DNA of 61,562 nt, the filler included. It is 7 parts of 7 records of this genome, joined end to end, with 100 filler letters (N's around TTAATTAATTAA, not from the genome) between each part and the next. Parts side by side here need not be neighbours in the genome. Positions count along the whole stretch, not along the records: positions 56,271 to 61,562 come from SRR31147125_15268; 6 more parts are not named here. One strand, given 5' to 3'. Under the pieces are notes generated by a model that saw nothing but the letters and a program-made list of their open reading frames with translations, was not told where the DNA came from and did not search any database. Shown in pieces: positions 60,736-61,562 of the stretch (position 1 is the first letter of the stretch; the number at the start of each line of letters is the position of its first letter). A program made the position numbers and the translations under genes.

Positions 60736-61500
60736 ATGATAATCTCAAAAAAAGACAGCAGGATATCGGTATTGATTGTAATACTGGTAACTGCTGTTTT
60801 TTTATGGTCATGCGGATTACCGCAAGCTCCATTTTATGTTGATACAGATCTCTCTGTTGATGATTCAAACATACAGTCTGATCAAATTGATTTTAGTATT
60901 CAATTTGATGATATTTATGATGCTAATGGTATATCTCTTTATTTTACATATTCCAATACAGATATATCTTCTAATGGAACCGGAGAGGGCACTAGTCTTG
61001 CATTAAAACTGGATTCAGCTCTATTCTACAATGGTGAAGAGTTAACTGGTTCTTCCGGGAGTGATTATAGTTTCTATTCCTATATTTCTAATGAAGATGC
61101 AGAATCATTACCTACGTATGAATTAACTACAATTCTTCAGAATTTAGATTTGATCAATAAAGATAAATTGTATGTCAGGCTTTTACTTGAATCAACACCT
61201 GATGGTAATTATACGTTATCGATAATCCTCTATAGTGATAATTATTATAATGTTATAGCTTCAACGACAAAAAAACTTTACCGCTATAGCGAAACTAATA
61301 TGAATCCTATTGGCAGTTATACAGATGATATAATGCCTGTTGAACTTGATGTTGCATTGGGGGAAACTACAACGGAGAATACGTACCATGTCCATATATT
61401 TGGAACATATTATGCTCAAACAGACGATACTCAAGTGAATAACAGCATAGCAATCACCGATGGATCGTACTTAGGGTATTTTACGTTCAACGATGATTAA
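60736..61500 (+). CDS. Hypothetical lipoprotein
   Basis: Lipobox FLWSC followed by GLP; acidic beta-rich body. Confidence 0.75.
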   Translation: MIISKKDSRISVLIVILVTAVFLWSCGLPQAPFYVDTDLSVDDSNIQSDQIDFSIQFDDIYDANGISLYFTYSNTDISSNGTGEGTSLALKLDSALFYNGEELTGSSGSDYSFYSYISNEDAESLPTYELTTILQNLDLINKDKLYVRLLLESTPDGNYTLSIILYSDNYYNVIASTTKKLYRYSETNMNPIGSYTDDIMPVELDVALGETTTENTYHVHIFGTYYAQTDDTQVNNSIAITDGSYLGYFTFNDD

Positions 61501-61562
61501 GATAGGTTAAGAAATACATAGCTTTAAATAATGTATAAAGCGCTATTTGTTCGATAAACTTT

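Noticed and set aside
1-61562. CRISPR arrays, tRNA/rRNA genes, transposases, integrases or prophage genes
   Set aside because: No regularly spaced repeats, RNA-gene signatures or matching ORFs were recognised by eye.

Overview
This window is not one genomic locus. It is seven unrelated contigs joined by 100-nt N spacers that each carry the artificial six-frame-stop linker TTAATTAATTAA. Taxon guesses come from gene content and composition only. (1) 1-13491, FCB-group bacterium (KSB1/Calditrichota-like): tandem chaperone-like Ig protein plus a minimal secretin, S8 protease, thiL, an unusual TSUP-tandem ModA-modBC-MoaD-HesA operon, and a CBM protein. (2) 13592-23159, Bacteroidota: membrane protein-wHTH-transglutaminase operon with three operator palindromes, histidine kinase, AraC/SDR pair, a lipoprotein gene followed by an attC-like hairpin, DUF1593 and a PL10 pectate lyase. 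(3) 23260-30828, GC-rich Desulfobacterota-like: SH3 protein, two acyl-CoA ligases, acyl-CoA dehydrogenase, etfBA. (4) 30929-38425, Clostridia-like: surface PIG-L deacetylase, phosphodiester glycosidase, L,D-transpeptidase. (5) 38526-44401: surface polysaccharide locus. (6) 44502-56170, Desulfobacterales-like sulfate reducer: RHH regulator, giant CoA-activase, mlaEFDCA, ahbA, dsrC, miaA. (7) 56271-61562, spirochaete-like: scpB, rluB, cmk, rpsA, TPR protein, lipoprotein. About a dozen genes, including essential rpsA, are split mostly at homopolymer runs, which is most likely sequencing error. No rRNA, tRNA, CRISPR array or transposase was recognised. The best candidates for undescribed systems are the sulfur-carrier-linked tandem-ModA operon, the chaperone-like/secretin pair and the attC-like cassette in the Bacteroidota contig.
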